Shown: positions 36,983 through 46,221 of the stretch, piece after piece
Numbering within the stretch: the stretch's first letter is position 1
How the letters are laid out: every line of letters begins with the position of its first letter
DNA from: Acidobacteriota bacterium
Lineage (GTDB): Bacteria; Acidobacteriota; Vicinamibacteria; Vicinamibacterales; JAKQTR01
Direction: 5' to 3'
Assembly (NCBI GenBank): GCA_040752275.1
Contig: JBFMFH010000101.1
Location: 62,813 to 126,812 of the forward strand
Length of the DNA: 64,000 nucleotides
The notes under the pieces: model-generated
Seen by the model: only the letters and a program-made list of their open reading frames with translations
What the model was told of the DNA's origin: nothing
Databases searched by the model: none
Position numbers and translations under genes: made by a program

Positions 36983-38297
36983 TCGCGTCCACGCCCGCCC
37001 GCCTGCCCAGAGGCTCCCGACCACCAACCCTGACCCGCTGGCACGCCCGGAGCAGCTCGGGTGCAGCCAGGATCATGACGAGCGGCATCAGCGGCAAGTG
37101 GTAGCGGCTTGCACCGTAGACGAGCATGTGCGGCACGGTGTAGAGGATGAGGACGAGCGCGACGAACCAGGTCGACCAGGCCCAGCGGTTCGCCCACGCG
37201 TGCCGGCACGCCATGCCCATCACGAGCAGATACGCGCCCACGGTGAGGACCAACACGGCGAGCCAGGCACGAGCATATGCCGGTCCGAACGAACCGGCGC
37301 GGACGTTTCGTGCAATGAAGAAGTCCGGGAGCCAGAAATCGAATGCCTTCCCCAGCGCGAGCGCGGCCGTGCGAAGCGGGTTCTCTCTCACATAGTCGAG
37401 CGCCGCCCGCGCCAGCAGCGCATTCTGGCTCTCCTTCGAGTGCCCGCCGAGAATCGCGTGGTATCGCTCGTCGTACGCCAGCGTGGCGGCCTTCTGCCAG
37501 GCGAAGGGAATAGGCGTGTCGGGACTGTTGCCGATGTACAGGTTGTAGCCGACGTTGCTTTCCACCAGGACGAACTGGTCATGCAGAAGGTAGTTGCGTG
37601 CGGTCCAGCCGCCCAGAATCGTCAGTCCCAGGACCGTGACGAGGATCGTCCTGCCGATCTGCGCACGTGGTGCGGCCGACGTGAATGCGGAAAACCAGAG
37701 AAGCGGGAAGAGAACCACGGCCGTCGATCGCGTCAGCACGGCCGCTCCGACGAGTGCCCCGGCCGCCACCGCCGCCGGCCACGACGGCGTGTCGGTTCGC
37801 CACCGCACGATCGTCCACACGCTTGCCAGGAACAGGCAGGTGAACAGCGTCTCCGACCATAGCAGCCCGGTCAGGCCGGCCAGTTCGGGTGAGAGTCCGA
37901 CCAGGGCGGCTGCGAGCAGGGCGGCGCGATCCCCGACGACACGGCGTCCCAGAGCGTAGGTGATCAACGTCGTCAGGGTCCAGATGAACGCCGAGACGAT
38001 TCTCGCCGCGGTGAGGGACGCGCCCGTCAGCCAGAACACGACAGCAAGCAGGACCGGGTAGCCCGGGGCGCGCCATGACGTGGGTGTCCGGCCCGGCTCG
38101 AACACGAAGCCGTGCCCGGCGGCGAGGTTCGAGCCGAGCCGCACGTAGCTGTCGGCATCATCCTGGATGAGGCCGTCCCGGCTTGCCCAGGCCACGCCGA
38201 GGTGAACCAGCAGCACCACGCCAAGGAGCAGAAGCAGGGCGCGACGGGCCCGCCGCGTCGCGCCCTGCCTCATGTCGACTGGTGTGCGGGGGGTCAC
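36957..38297 (-). CDS. GT-C fold glycosyltransferase (ArnT/PMT, GT39/GT83-like)
   Basis: 446 aa and multi-TM. 'QDDADSYVRLGSNLAAGHGF' is in the first loop. Its 3' end overlaps the flippase 3' end by 26 nt. Confidence 0.7.
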   Translation of the reverse strand: MTPRTPVDMRQGATRRARRALLLLLGVVLLVHLGVAWASRDGLIQDDADSYVRLGSNLAAGHGFVFEPGRTPTSWRAPGYPVLLAVVFWLTGASLTAARIVSAFIWTLTTLITYALGRRVVGDRAALLAAALVGLSPELAGLTGLLWSETLFTCLFLASVWTIVRWRTDTPSWPAAVAAGALVGAAVLTRSTAVVLFPLLWFSAFTSAAPRAQIGRTILVTVLGLTILGGWTARNYLLHDQFVLVESNVGYNLYIGNSPDTPIPFAWQKAATLAYDERYHAILGGHSKESQNALLARAALDYVRENPLRTAALALGKAFDFWLPDFFIARNVRAGSFGPAYARAWLAVLVLTVGAYLLVMGMACRHAWANRWAWSTWFVALVLILYTVPHMLVYGASRYHLPLMPLVMILAAPELLRACQRVRVGGREPLGRRAGVDAIRCPVPPC

Positions 38298-38367
38298 GGC
38301 TCCTCCTGCTCTCCTCAGACGTCGCGCGTTCCTCCGGATGCGCCCGTTGCCCCTGACCGGGGTGGCC

Positions 38368-39411
38368 CTACCGCCAGCCCAGTTGAATCACCTCGAAGTC
38401 GTCGCCGCGCAGTTGCTTGAACGCCGGGTTGAGCTCGTCGTTGTTCCAGCGCGGATCCATCGTGCCCGACACGTACAGATCGCTGCCGTTGTCGGCAAGG
38501 ATGAGGCCATAGGTCTTCATGGCCTCGAAGATCTTGCGCGTTGCCGGCGAGAATCCTGACAGGTCGACGGATGCCTTCAGGCGCAAGCGGGTTCCCAGCG
38601 GGGGGGCTCCGGATGTGTTGCCCGCGGCGTGGGAAGCGGGCCAGACGTACCCGTTGGTTGACCGCGTCGTGAAGCGTATGGCGTGGCGGATGGCGCCGCC
38701 GGCGTAGACCTCGTCGTACCGCAGGAGCCCAGGGAGTATGGCCATGCCGGACGCGTCCGCGGAGGTCCACCCTTCCGGCCGGCGCGCGTTGCTCAACAGA
38801 TCGAAGATCGCGCCAGAGCCGACCTCCCATCGACCGGCCCCCGCGTTCCAGCTCGTCGCGAACGTCTCGAAGAGCAGCCAGCGGTCCCGGTCCACGACGA
38901 TGAGATGCCGGTCTCCGGAGCTCCCGCCTCCGGGCTCTCCGCCTTCGATGTAGTTGGGCTGCGTGCGGGCCTCGTCGGGGATCGGATAGCCCGGCGCCTC
39001 GCCGGGCACACCCTCGTCACTCTCGCCGGCGTAGTAGAACGACCCGATCACCACTCGCGGCTGGTCGCGGCCAACCGTCACGTACGGAATCCCGTAGGGG
39101 GGCGGACCGAAGTCGGGGTGCAGTGTCCTCGTGCGACCGATGAAGCTGATGAGCGATGCCGAACTCGGGTCGACCGGCGCCCGCGAGACGTCCTGATTCC
39201 ACCAGTTGTCAGGTGGGAACAGCTGCCGGCCCGCCAGGTCCTCGAGCAACCGTGCGGTAGACACCGTGGGCGCCGGCGCCGGCGACGACGGGGACGTCGC
39301 CGACGGGGTGTCGGAGGGTGCCGCCGGCGACGAATGGGTCGACGAGCATCCGAAACAGACCACCGACGCCAGACAGACGAGACGAAGCGTTGCTGCAACG
39401 GGGTTGTGCAT
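38368..39411 (-). CDS. hypothetical secreted protein or lipoprotein inside the glycosyltransferase operon
   Basis: 'LVCLASVVCFGCSS', then a Ser/Pro-rich linker. I recognised no family. Confidence 0.6.
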   Translation of the reverse strand: MHNPVAATLRLVCLASVVCFGCSSTHSSPAAPSDTPSATSPSSPAPAPTVSTARLLEDLAGRQLFPPDNWWNQDVSRAPVDPSSASLISFIGRTRTLHPDFGPPPYGIPYVTVGRDQPRVVIGSFYYAGESDEGVPGEAPGYPIPDEARTQPNYIEGGEPGGGSSGDRHLIVVDRDRWLLFETFATSWNAGAGRWEVGSGAIFDLLSNARRPEGWTSADASGMAILPGLLRYDEVYAGGAIRHAIRFTTRSTNGYVWPASHAAGNTSGAPPLGTRLRLKASVDLSGFSPATRKIFEAMKTYGLILADNGSDLYVSGTMDPRWNNDELNPAFKQLRGDDFEVIQLGWR

Positions 39412-39424
39412 GACGACTCTCTCT

Positions 39425-40732
39425 TCAGGCTCGAGACCACACCGCCAACAGGCGCACGGCCACGTACGCCGCCACGACAGCGGCGGCGGTCAGGCCCGCC
39501 AGCGCGCCCCAGTCCGAACGCTTCTGGATGGGCTCCAGGCGTTCGGACTTTCGTTCGACGGAGATCCTGGCTGCGCCCATGGCCAGGATGACGTAGAGCA
39601 CAGGGCTGTATTGCCGCGACAGGAAGAGCGCGCACACCGTCATGCCGACGGCGCTGGCCCAGATATCGCGGGCGAACGCCGAACTGGCCGCATCGGCGAC
39701 GTTCCGCCCGGCACCGTTGCCCACATACAGCCAGAAGAACATGCCGATGAAGAAGTAGCCCCCGACGAGCCCGAGCTCGGCGAACGTGTGCACGAAGGAG
39801 TTGTGCGCCACGAGCTCGTGGTGTTCTGTGTACGCGTCGTAGCCGACGCCCAGCACCGGCTTGGCCTTCAGCATCTGGAGACCAGCCGACCAGGCCTGAA
39901 TGCGGCCCTGGGCCGAGGCCTCCGAAGACCGCATCTCCCGAAGCCGACCCGATCCGGCAGCCAGAAGGAACCCGGCGATGACGACAACGGCCACAACCGG
40001 TGCCACGCGTCCAGAACGCCGGTACAGGTATGCCGCTCCCAGTGCGGCCAATCCCACCAGCCCCCCACGGGACTGCGTGAGCAGGAGAGCGTAGGCGAGG
40101 AGTCCGAGCGCGGCCAGCGCGGCCACACGACGCATGTTGCCCGGCTCGCGCGTGAGAATGGCGGTAAAGAGGAAAGGAAAGACCATGACGAGGCTCATCG
40201 CGAGATCGTTGGGATCCCCGAAGATACCCGTCCCTCGGACACGTCGCTCGACCGTGACCTCGGTTTGACCCAGCAGATCTTCATCCGTCTGCTCGTAGCG
40301 TTCGGCGTAGGCCGTCGAATCACCGAAGCCGACCCCGGTCCAGTACTGCACGACGCCGTTCACCCCCTGGAACAGCGTGAGGGCGACCAGGAGGATGATC
40401 AGCCCGCGAAGCTGCTGCGGGGTCCGCACGGCCAGACGGATGAGCAGGTACAGCAGGAGGAGCGGTAGCAGTGCCAGGAGCGTGTAGTAGCTTCCTCCGA
40501 TCCAGCCGTTGGCCGGAATGGAAAGCGTGGCCGCCCCCACGAACCCGAAGAAGCACCAGTCGTTCGGCAGATCGGCGAACGCCCTGGGCCTGAGGAACAG
40601 CGACCACACGGAGGTGATCGCGGCCAGGAGGCCGGTCGCCGCGACGAAGGGAATCCCGGCCCACTCCCGGACGAGCTCGCCAGGCCTCACGTAGAGGAGC
40701 GCGACATACGCCAGCGTTAGGGCGTAGCTCAT
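39425..40732 (-). CDS. O-antigen ligase / Wzy-like polymerase family membrane protein
   Basis: 435 aa and multi-TM, with a 'LLLTQSRGGLVGL' loop typical of Wzy_C/O-antigen ligase proteins. Confidence 0.75.
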   Translation of the reverse strand: MSYALTLAYVALLYVRPGELVREWAGIPFVAATGLLAAITSVWSLFLRPRAFADLPNDWCFFGFVGAATLSIPANGWIGGSYYTLLALLPLLLLYLLIRLAVRTPQQLRGLIILLVALTLFQGVNGVVQYWTGVGFGDSTAYAERYEQTDEDLLGQTEVTVERRVRGTGIFGDPNDLAMSLVMVFPFLFTAILTREPGNMRRVAALAALGLLAYALLLTQSRGGLVGLAALGAAYLYRRSGRVAPVVAVVVIAGFLLAAGSGRLREMRSSEASAQGRIQAWSAGLQMLKAKPVLGVGYDAYTEHHELVAHNSFVHTFAELGLVGGYFFIGMFFWLYVGNGAGRNVADAASSAFARDIWASAVGMTVCALFLSRQYSPVLYVILAMGAARISVERKSERLEPIQKRSDWGALAGLTAAAVVAAYVAVRLLAVWSRA

Positions 40733-42105
40733 GTGGGGCAGACCTCTAGTTCGGGCTCCGCGTGCGGCTGGCGTCCGGCGCTGACGTCTGCGAGCAACCG
40801 GCCGAGCTCCCAGGCCTGCTGCCGGCGGTCGAACTGCCGGCCGTCCCAGACGATCGGCGGTTCGGACCGGCCGGCGGCAAAATCGCCGATCTTCCGGGCC
40901 AGACAGGCAAAGATCGCGCCGACATCGGAAGGACGGTACCGGGACGACGCCGGGTAGTCGCTAAGCAGATCCCACAGATCTCCGGGCGGCGCGATGGCCA
41001 GAATCGGCCGCCTCGACGCCATGTACTCGAAGATCTTCGCGTTCAAGAAGCGCTCGGCACCGGGCAGATCCGCCGTCAACGAACAGAGCAGGTCGGCGGA
41101 TCGCATCAGCTGAACCACGGTCCGATGGCCGAGGTATGAGTGAGCAACCAGGCGGACCGGCAACCCCGACAACTGCTGCAGTAGTCCCTCCTGGGCGGAG
41201 GTCCTCAGTCCGGCGATCACCAGCTCCAACCGCGACGCGAGATCGGGTCTTTCGGTGCACAGCCGCCTGGCGGCCCTGACGAGCGGCTCGACCGACGTCT
41301 GCTCCCACAACGTGCCCGTGTAGACGACGCGGTAGCGGCGCGTGCTGGCGTCATCCCTCGGAGGGGCGGGAGCGTCGAAATCCTCCGGATCGAAGCCGTT
41401 GCGAAGGCACACGACGGCCGCGTGCCCGGCCGCCCGGTCCCGTACCGTCTCGAGCGCACGCACGCTGGCGTCGCTGGTCGCCAGGATGAGACTGGCCCTC
41501 CGAACGACGGACCGCTCCATCAGGCGGTTGACTTGACGAACCGTGCGGCCGTACCGCTTGTTCTCATGGAACGCGTTGGTCAGGTCCCATTCGTCCCGGT
41601 AGTCGAGAACCAGAGGGAGTCCAGACGTTCGATGAAGCGCGAGCCCGACGAGAAACGAAGAGAACGGCGGGGCCGTGGCGACAATAGCCGTGTGTGGCAC
41701 CGCTCTGAGAAGGCGTCGGCCCTCGCGGACGGCCGAGGGGAACCACAGCACCTGCGGATCCGGCTGGAGCACTCGGGCGGCCATCCGCCGGAGGCCGTCC
41801 CTCGGATGCCATCGGAATGGCCCGCCGGCGTCCGCACGGGGGCCACTCGTCGCCGAGACGAGCGCCTTGGTGGCATATGACGGCTCGAACGTGCGGGCAC
41901 GGCGCACGAGCGTCCCGGCCGGGACATCCCCTTCGAGCGTGCTGTCGGCAACGGGCACCGACGGATTCGACACCGTGAGCACCGACGCCTGCCACCCGGA
42001 GTCTGGCAGGTACTTCACGAATTTCGTGACACGCTGCACGCCTGCACCGCCGACCGGCGGGAACGCATAGGCCACGAACAGGACACGCCCGGGTTGCGCG
42101 ATCAT
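40729..42105 (-). CDS. glycosyltransferase (GT4-like)
   Basis: 'VLFVAYAFPPVGGAGVQRV' and C-terminal 'FEYMASRRPILA'. 4-nt overlaps with both neighbours. Confidence 0.7.
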   Translation of the reverse strand: MIAQPGRVLFVAYAFPPVGGAGVQRVTKFVKYLPDSGWQASVLTVSNPSVPVADSTLEGDVPAGTLVRRARTFEPSYATKALVSATSGPRADAGGPFRWHPRDGLRRMAARVLQPDPQVLWFPSAVREGRRLLRAVPHTAIVATAPPFSSFLVGLALHRTSGLPLVLDYRDEWDLTNAFHENKRYGRTVRQVNRLMERSVVRRASLILATSDASVRALETVRDRAAGHAAVVCLRNGFDPEDFDAPAPPRDDASTRRYRVVYTGTLWEQTSVEPLVRAARRLCTERPDLASRLELVIAGLRTSAQEGLLQQLSGLPVRLVAHSYLGHRTVVQLMRSADLLCSLTADLPGAERFLNAKIFEYMASRRPILAIAPPGDLWDLLSDYPASSRYRPSDVGAIFACLARKIGDFAAGRSEPPIVWDGRQFDRRQQAWELGRLLADVSAGRQPHAEPELEVCPT

Positions 42106-43316
42106 GGCACGCGAGTCCCTGCGAGCTCAGTCAGTCCGGACACTCCGGCCGAGGGCGAGCGCCTCGCGGCGAGCGCCAATTGGAACACCGATTCCAGCCG
42201 CTGCGCCTGCTGGTCCCAGGTGGACCGCAGGCGAGCCGGCCCCGGCTCCGTTGTCGATGAGGCGCGGCGGCGGATAGCGGCGGCCCATGCGTTGACGTCT
42301 CCCGGGGGAACCAGGACGTCCAGGTCCGCGTCCGCGATCTCGGGCACACCCCCGACTGCGCTCGCCATGAACGGCGTGCCGCACGCGATTGACTCCAGCA
42401 GCACGTTCGGCGAGCCCTCGGACCAGCTTGGGAGGACCGTCACGTCGGCGGCCCGGTACCAGTCGGGCAGCTCGTTGTTGGCGACGTTCCCGATGAACCG
42501 TACTCGATCGGCGATGCCGAGGCCGACAACGCGTCGCGCGAGCGCGTCGCGCAGAGGGCCGTCGCCGGCCAGACACAGGCGCGGTGACGGCAACCCTGAC
42601 ACGGCTGTTGCAAACCCGTCCAGCAGCACGTCCAGCCCCTTGACCGGGACCATACGGCCGACCCAGAGAAACATGGGTGCCGAGCCGTCCAGATTGAGGC
42701 GCCGTCGCGCCATGGCGCGGTCGGCCGGGAAGAACAGACCCGGATCGACGCCGTTGTCGACCACGTGCACGCGGCCCCCTGGGACACCGAGTGCCTCGAT
42801 GGCGCCTTTCAGGTGATGGCTCACGCTGACGACGGCATCAGCCCGGCGAAGGACACCTGCTATCACGCGGCGGCGGATGGGATTGCGGCCGAGCACCAGC
42901 ACGTCCGATCCGCCGGCCATGACGACGCCGGGCACGTTGCAGTCTCTGGCGATCCTCACGGCCGTCCCGCCGTCCGGGTGGATCCAGAACCCGAGTACCA
43001 CCTCGGGACGAAAGCGCAACAGCAGTGTCCGGACCGTCCTTCGAACCGACTGCCAGAAGCACCACTCATAGGCCGCCCGGAAGATGCCGGGCGGGTACCA
43101 GTAGAGGGGGTGATGCACCTCCGCGCCCTCGCGGTATTCGAGCCGTGGGACGGCGGGTCGTCGCCCGCGCGAGCGCCACGCATCGCGCCACGAGGTTGGT
43201 GCCACCACGACGACCTCGTGGGTGCGAGCCAGCGCACGTGAGGTCTGCGCGTTGAACATCCCGCGCGTGGGCTCCTGCGGGTTTGGAAAGTTGTTGGTCA
43301 CGAAGAGGATGCGCAT
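42102..43316 (-). CDS. glycosyltransferase family 4
   Basis: 'MRILFVTNNFP' and the E-x7-E region 'WSEGSPNVLLESIACGTPFMASAVGGVPE'. Confidence 0.85.
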   Translation of the reverse strand: MRILFVTNNFPNPQEPTRGMFNAQTSRALARTHEVVVVAPTSWRDAWRSRGRRPAVPRLEYREGAEVHHPLYWYPPGIFRAAYEWCFWQSVRRTVRTLLLRFRPEVVLGFWIHPDGGTAVRIARDCNVPGVVMAGGSDVLVLGRNPIRRRVIAGVLRRADAVVSVSHHLKGAIEALGVPGGRVHVVDNGVDPGLFFPADRAMARRRLNLDGSAPMFLWVGRMVPVKGLDVLLDGFATAVSGLPSPRLCLAGDGPLRDALARRVVGLGIADRVRFIGNVANNELPDWYRAADVTVLPSWSEGSPNVLLESIACGTPFMASAVGGVPEIADADLDVLVPPGDVNAWAAAIRRRASSTTEPGPARLRSTWDQQAQRLESVFQLALAARRSPSAGVSGLTELAGTRVP

Positions 43317-43319
43317 GGG

Positions 43320-44429
43320 TCACCCCACCAGGGCCTGGCCCGCCTGGCTGTCCAGGCACCGCGCGTACATGCGCTCGTACTGGGCGACCACCGTGCGGAG
43401 GTTGAAGTGCGATTCGATGCGCGCGCGGGCCGCACGTCCCATGCGCGCGATCGCCGCGGCGTCGGCCAGCATCGTCAACATGCCGTCGGCCAGGGCCTCT
43501 GGTGAGCCTGCCGGGACCAGGTAGCCGGTTTCTCCCGGGACCACAACCTCCCGGTTACCTCCGACGTCGGTGGCCACTGCGGGCAATCCCGCGGCCATGG
43601 ATTCGAGCAGGGCGAGGGGAAGTCCCTCGCTGATCGACGACAGGACGAAGAAGTCCGGGCCTGCGAGCAAGGGCCCGACATCTTGCCGGTACCCCAGGAA
43701 GCGCACGTGGCCCGCCAGCTCGAGGGTGCGTCCGAGCGCCTCGAGTTCACGGCGGGAGGGTCCGTCGCCCACGATGTCGAGCTGGAACTGCGGTTCACGG
43801 TCCACGACCAGGCGAGCCGCGCGCAGCAACGTCTGCTGATCCTTGATCGGGTCGAGCCGCCCGATTGTGACGGCTCGGCGCGGGATGCGCCTCGCCGCGG
43901 TTGCCGCGTGGAACCGGTCCAGATCCACGCCGTTGCGAATCACGTGCAGCTTCCGGGGCGGCACGCCCTCCACGTCCCTCGCAACCGAGGCCGCATCCTC
44001 GGAGACCGCAACGAACTCGGTCGTCCACCGTGACGCCAGGCGGGAGAACGTCGCGATCGGCTGTCGTGCGAGGTACCCGCGCCCGTGCCTGGTGTGGATC
44101 ACGACCGGCACGCCTGCCAGTCTTCCAGCCAGTGCGCCGTGCAGATGGGCCTGGGGATTGTGGGTGTGGACGACGTGCGGGGCCAGGTGCCTGAGGCGAC
44201 GGGCCAGTCTCAGAATCCGGACGGGCACGGACCCGGCGGCCCCGATCGTCTCGACGGGCACGCCGAGCTCGGCGAAACCCTGCTGCAGGATGCCTGACGC
44301 GTCGAGGCAGATCACGCGAACGCTGAAGACGTCCCGGCTCCGGTACCGGACCAGGTCGAGCACGACCTTCTCGAGGCCGCCAAGCGCGAGGCTGGTCACC
44401 ACGTGGACCACCGGAACCGGGGGTGACAT
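43320..44429 (-). CDS. glycosyltransferase family 4
   Basis: 'VVHVVTSLALGGLEKVV' and 'SISEGLPLALLESMAAGLPAVATDVGG'. I chose ATG 44429 as the start because 44534 would overlap the upstream GT2. Confidence 0.8.
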   Translation of the reverse strand: MSPPVPVVHVVTSLALGGLEKVVLDLVRYRSRDVFSVRVICLDASGILQQGFAELGVPVETIGAAGSVPVRILRLARRLRHLAPHVVHTHNPQAHLHGALAGRLAGVPVVIHTRHGRGYLARQPIATFSRLASRWTTEFVAVSEDAASVARDVEGVPPRKLHVIRNGVDLDRFHAATAARRIPRRAVTIGRLDPIKDQQTLLRAARLVVDREPQFQLDIVGDGPSRRELEALGRTLELAGHVRFLGYRQDVGPLLAGPDFFVLSSISEGLPLALLESMAAGLPAVATDVGGNREVVVPGETGYLVPAGSPEALADGMLTMLADAAAIARMGRAARARIESHFNLRTVVAQYERMYARCLDSQAGQALVG

Positions 44430-44464
44430 GCGTGACCCGATGGTGCGACAAAGAGGATTCCTGC

Positions 44465-45349
44465 TCACGACCACGTCGCCTCTCGCGACAGCCCGACGGC
44501 CCAGCGTTCCGTCGCACCAGCACGCGAAGGCCACGGTGTCGCGAGCGCGTCAGGCCGAGTGAACCACCCACCGTGCTTGCGGTGATACCGCACGAGACCC
44601 TTCAGATGAGAGAGGGACAGACTGGACAGCGGTCGTCGGTGGGAGACCTGCTGCGTGTGATGGAGCAGCGTCAGACCTGGTTCGTACGCGATGTACAGGC
44701 CGGCCTCCCGGATCCGAGCCGAGTAGTCGAGGTCCTCCGGCGCGTAGAAGATCTGCTCGTCGAGCAGCCCGACCGAATCGAGCAGATCTGCTCTGAAGAC
44801 CCAGCATGCCGAGATAGCCGTGTCCACACACGTGCGGCGGCGGAACGGGAACGACGCGTAGAAATCCGTCGTCGGGACTTCCCTCCGGAAGAGGATTCGC
44901 GGGACCTTTCGGAGCTTGTCGAGAAACGACGGAAAACGCTTGGCGGAGTGCTGAACGCTGCCGTCCGGGAGAATCAGCCGCGGCGCCACGATGGCCAGTT
45001 GGCGGTCCTCGGAGAGCAGGGAGAGCACCGGGCGGAGTGATCCCGACAAGAACTCGGTGTCGGAATCGAGCACACAGAGAAACCGGCCGCGCGCGCGTTT
45101 CATGGCGAGGTTGCGGGTCCACGTGGTCCCCCGGTTCCGATCGAGGGCGATCAGCGTCACCGAGTCGGGATGGTCCTCGCGGAACTCCTCCAGGATGCGG
45201 ACGGACTCATCGCGAGACCCGTTGTCCACCACGATGACCTCAACGTTCAGGCCGTCGGTCGCACAGCGCTGCATGATGGAATCGAGGCAGCGCCGCACGT
45301 AGGCCTGTGAGTTCCAGGTCAACGTGATGAACGTGATGTCGACCGTCAT
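44465..45349 (-). CDS. glycosyltransferase family 2
   Basis: 'ITFITLTWNSQ', 'VVDNGSRDES', 'VLDSDTEF'. Confidence 0.85.
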   Translation of the reverse strand: MTVDITFITLTWNSQAYVRRCLDSIMQRCATDGLNVEVIVVDNGSRDESVRILEEFREDHPDSVTLIALDRNRGTTWTRNLAMKRARGRFLCVLDSDTEFLSGSLRPVLSLLSEDRQLAIVAPRLILPDGSVQHSAKRFPSFLDKLRKVPRILFRREVPTTDFYASFPFRRRTCVDTAISACWVFRADLLDSVGLLDEQIFYAPEDLDYSARIREAGLYIAYEPGLTLLHHTQQVSHRRPLSSLSLSHLKGLVRYHRKHGGWFTRPDALATPWPSRAGATERWAVGLSREATWS

Positions 45350-45358
45350 CGTCGGCCC

Positions 45359-45802
45359 TCAGCGCGCCGACCGCCGGAAGGCAACCGGTGCGGCAAGTGC
45401 GGACGGGCGAACCACCAGGCGCGGTCTCCTCGACACCACCATCCGCGCTCGCGCACCCCTGTGCGCCGGCCTGTGGCCCAGAACGCGGCCCGCGCCGATC
45501 AGGCTGAGGCCGAGGACGAACAGACCGGCCAGCTCGGTCGCGTGGCCGGGCAACGACGCCACCGGGCCGAGGGCCCGGTCCACAAGCGAGAGAATCGGGG
45601 GGCGCTCCGTGTTCGACAAGGGGACGGGCAGTTCGGCGTCGGCACGGACGATTCCCGCCGTGAGCGGACCCGCGGTCATGGGCGGACCCGCCAGAGCGAG
45701 ACAGAAGACCAGCGCTCCGAGCACGGCGGCTATCCGCGCCCATGCAGGTCTGGCGCGCCGGTGTCCATGCCGGTGTTTCGGAGATGTGGGAACTGATGCC
45801 AT
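45359..45802 (-). CDS. small (147 aa) two-TM protein of unknown function, first gene of the minus-strand glycosyltransferase operon
   Basis: ATG 45802 is preceded by AAGGGAGGAG with an 8-nt spacer. The stop is 9 nt before the GT2 start. It has an N-terminal signal-like helix and a C-terminal helix followed by an Arg-rich tail. Confidence 0.5.
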   Translation of the reverse strand: MASVPTSPKHRHGHRRARPAWARIAAVLGALVFCLALAGPPMTAGPLTAGIVRADAELPVPLSNTERPPILSLVDRALGPVASLPGHATELAGLFVLGLSLIGAGRVLGHRPAHRGARARMVVSRRPRLVVRPSALAAPVAFRRSAR

Positions 45803-45928
45803 TGGAGGTACTCCTCCCTTGCCGGCACACGATGCAAGACCGATTCCGCTGTTTGCGCTTCGCATCCCTCATGCCCGGCTCGCTTCCGGATCCAGGTTCC
45901 GGCACGCGCACACGCGGAGTTCTCGCCA

Positions 45929-45951
45929 TTGCACGCCCGACGCCGGTGCAA
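45929..45951. promoter_or_regulatory. palindrome TTGCAC-N11-GTGCAA, a candidate enhancer-binding-protein site
   Basis: Read directly. It lies about 180 bp upstream of the sigma-54-like promoter. The half-sites resemble NtrC-type TGCAC/GTGCA. Confidence 0.25.
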
Positions 45952-46122
45952 GGGCCGAGGTCTCGCCTGGGCGGTCGTGCTTCGCGAAATGGGGGTTTGG
46001 GAAGATCGAGACGACAAAAGGTGTGGAGCATGCGGAGCGGGCCGGGATGCACCCGGTCGGGGCGGGCCTGGACTGTCAGGCTTCGTGGCAGCTGTGTCGG
46101 CTGGCGCGCGGCCGCGCCCGAT

Positions 46123-46138
46123 TGGCGCCCGGTTTGCA
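46123..46138 (+). promoter_or_regulatory. sigma-54 (-24/-12) promoter candidate for the Wza export operon
   Basis: TGGCGC-ccggt-TTGCA versus the consensus TGGCAC-N5-TTGCW. It sits 84 nt upstream of the Wza ATG. Confidence 0.5.
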
Positions 46139-46221
46139 ACGACCGCGGTGTCGGATTGGCTGTACGCCAGTCGGACCGCTCGTTCGGAGGCATCGCATTC
46201 GGGTACTCCAGGGGTGTCGTG

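Noticed and set aside
35426-37027. 533-aa ORF antisense to the flippase gene. Similar very long antisense or out-of-frame ORFs include 6796..8478, 7290..8978, 13358..15094 and 20747..22540.
   Set aside because: These are typical high-GC artefacts. Their products are Arg/Gly/Pro/His-rich low-complexity strings with no motifs. They fully overlap genes that have clear family signatures on the other strand or frame.
45832-45848. A second sigma-54-like element (CGGAAT-N5-TTGCAT) on the minus strand upstream of the small ORF.
   Set aside because: Only the GG and GC dinucleotides match. The implied TSS would fall on or inside the Shine-Dalgarno sequence of the small ORF.
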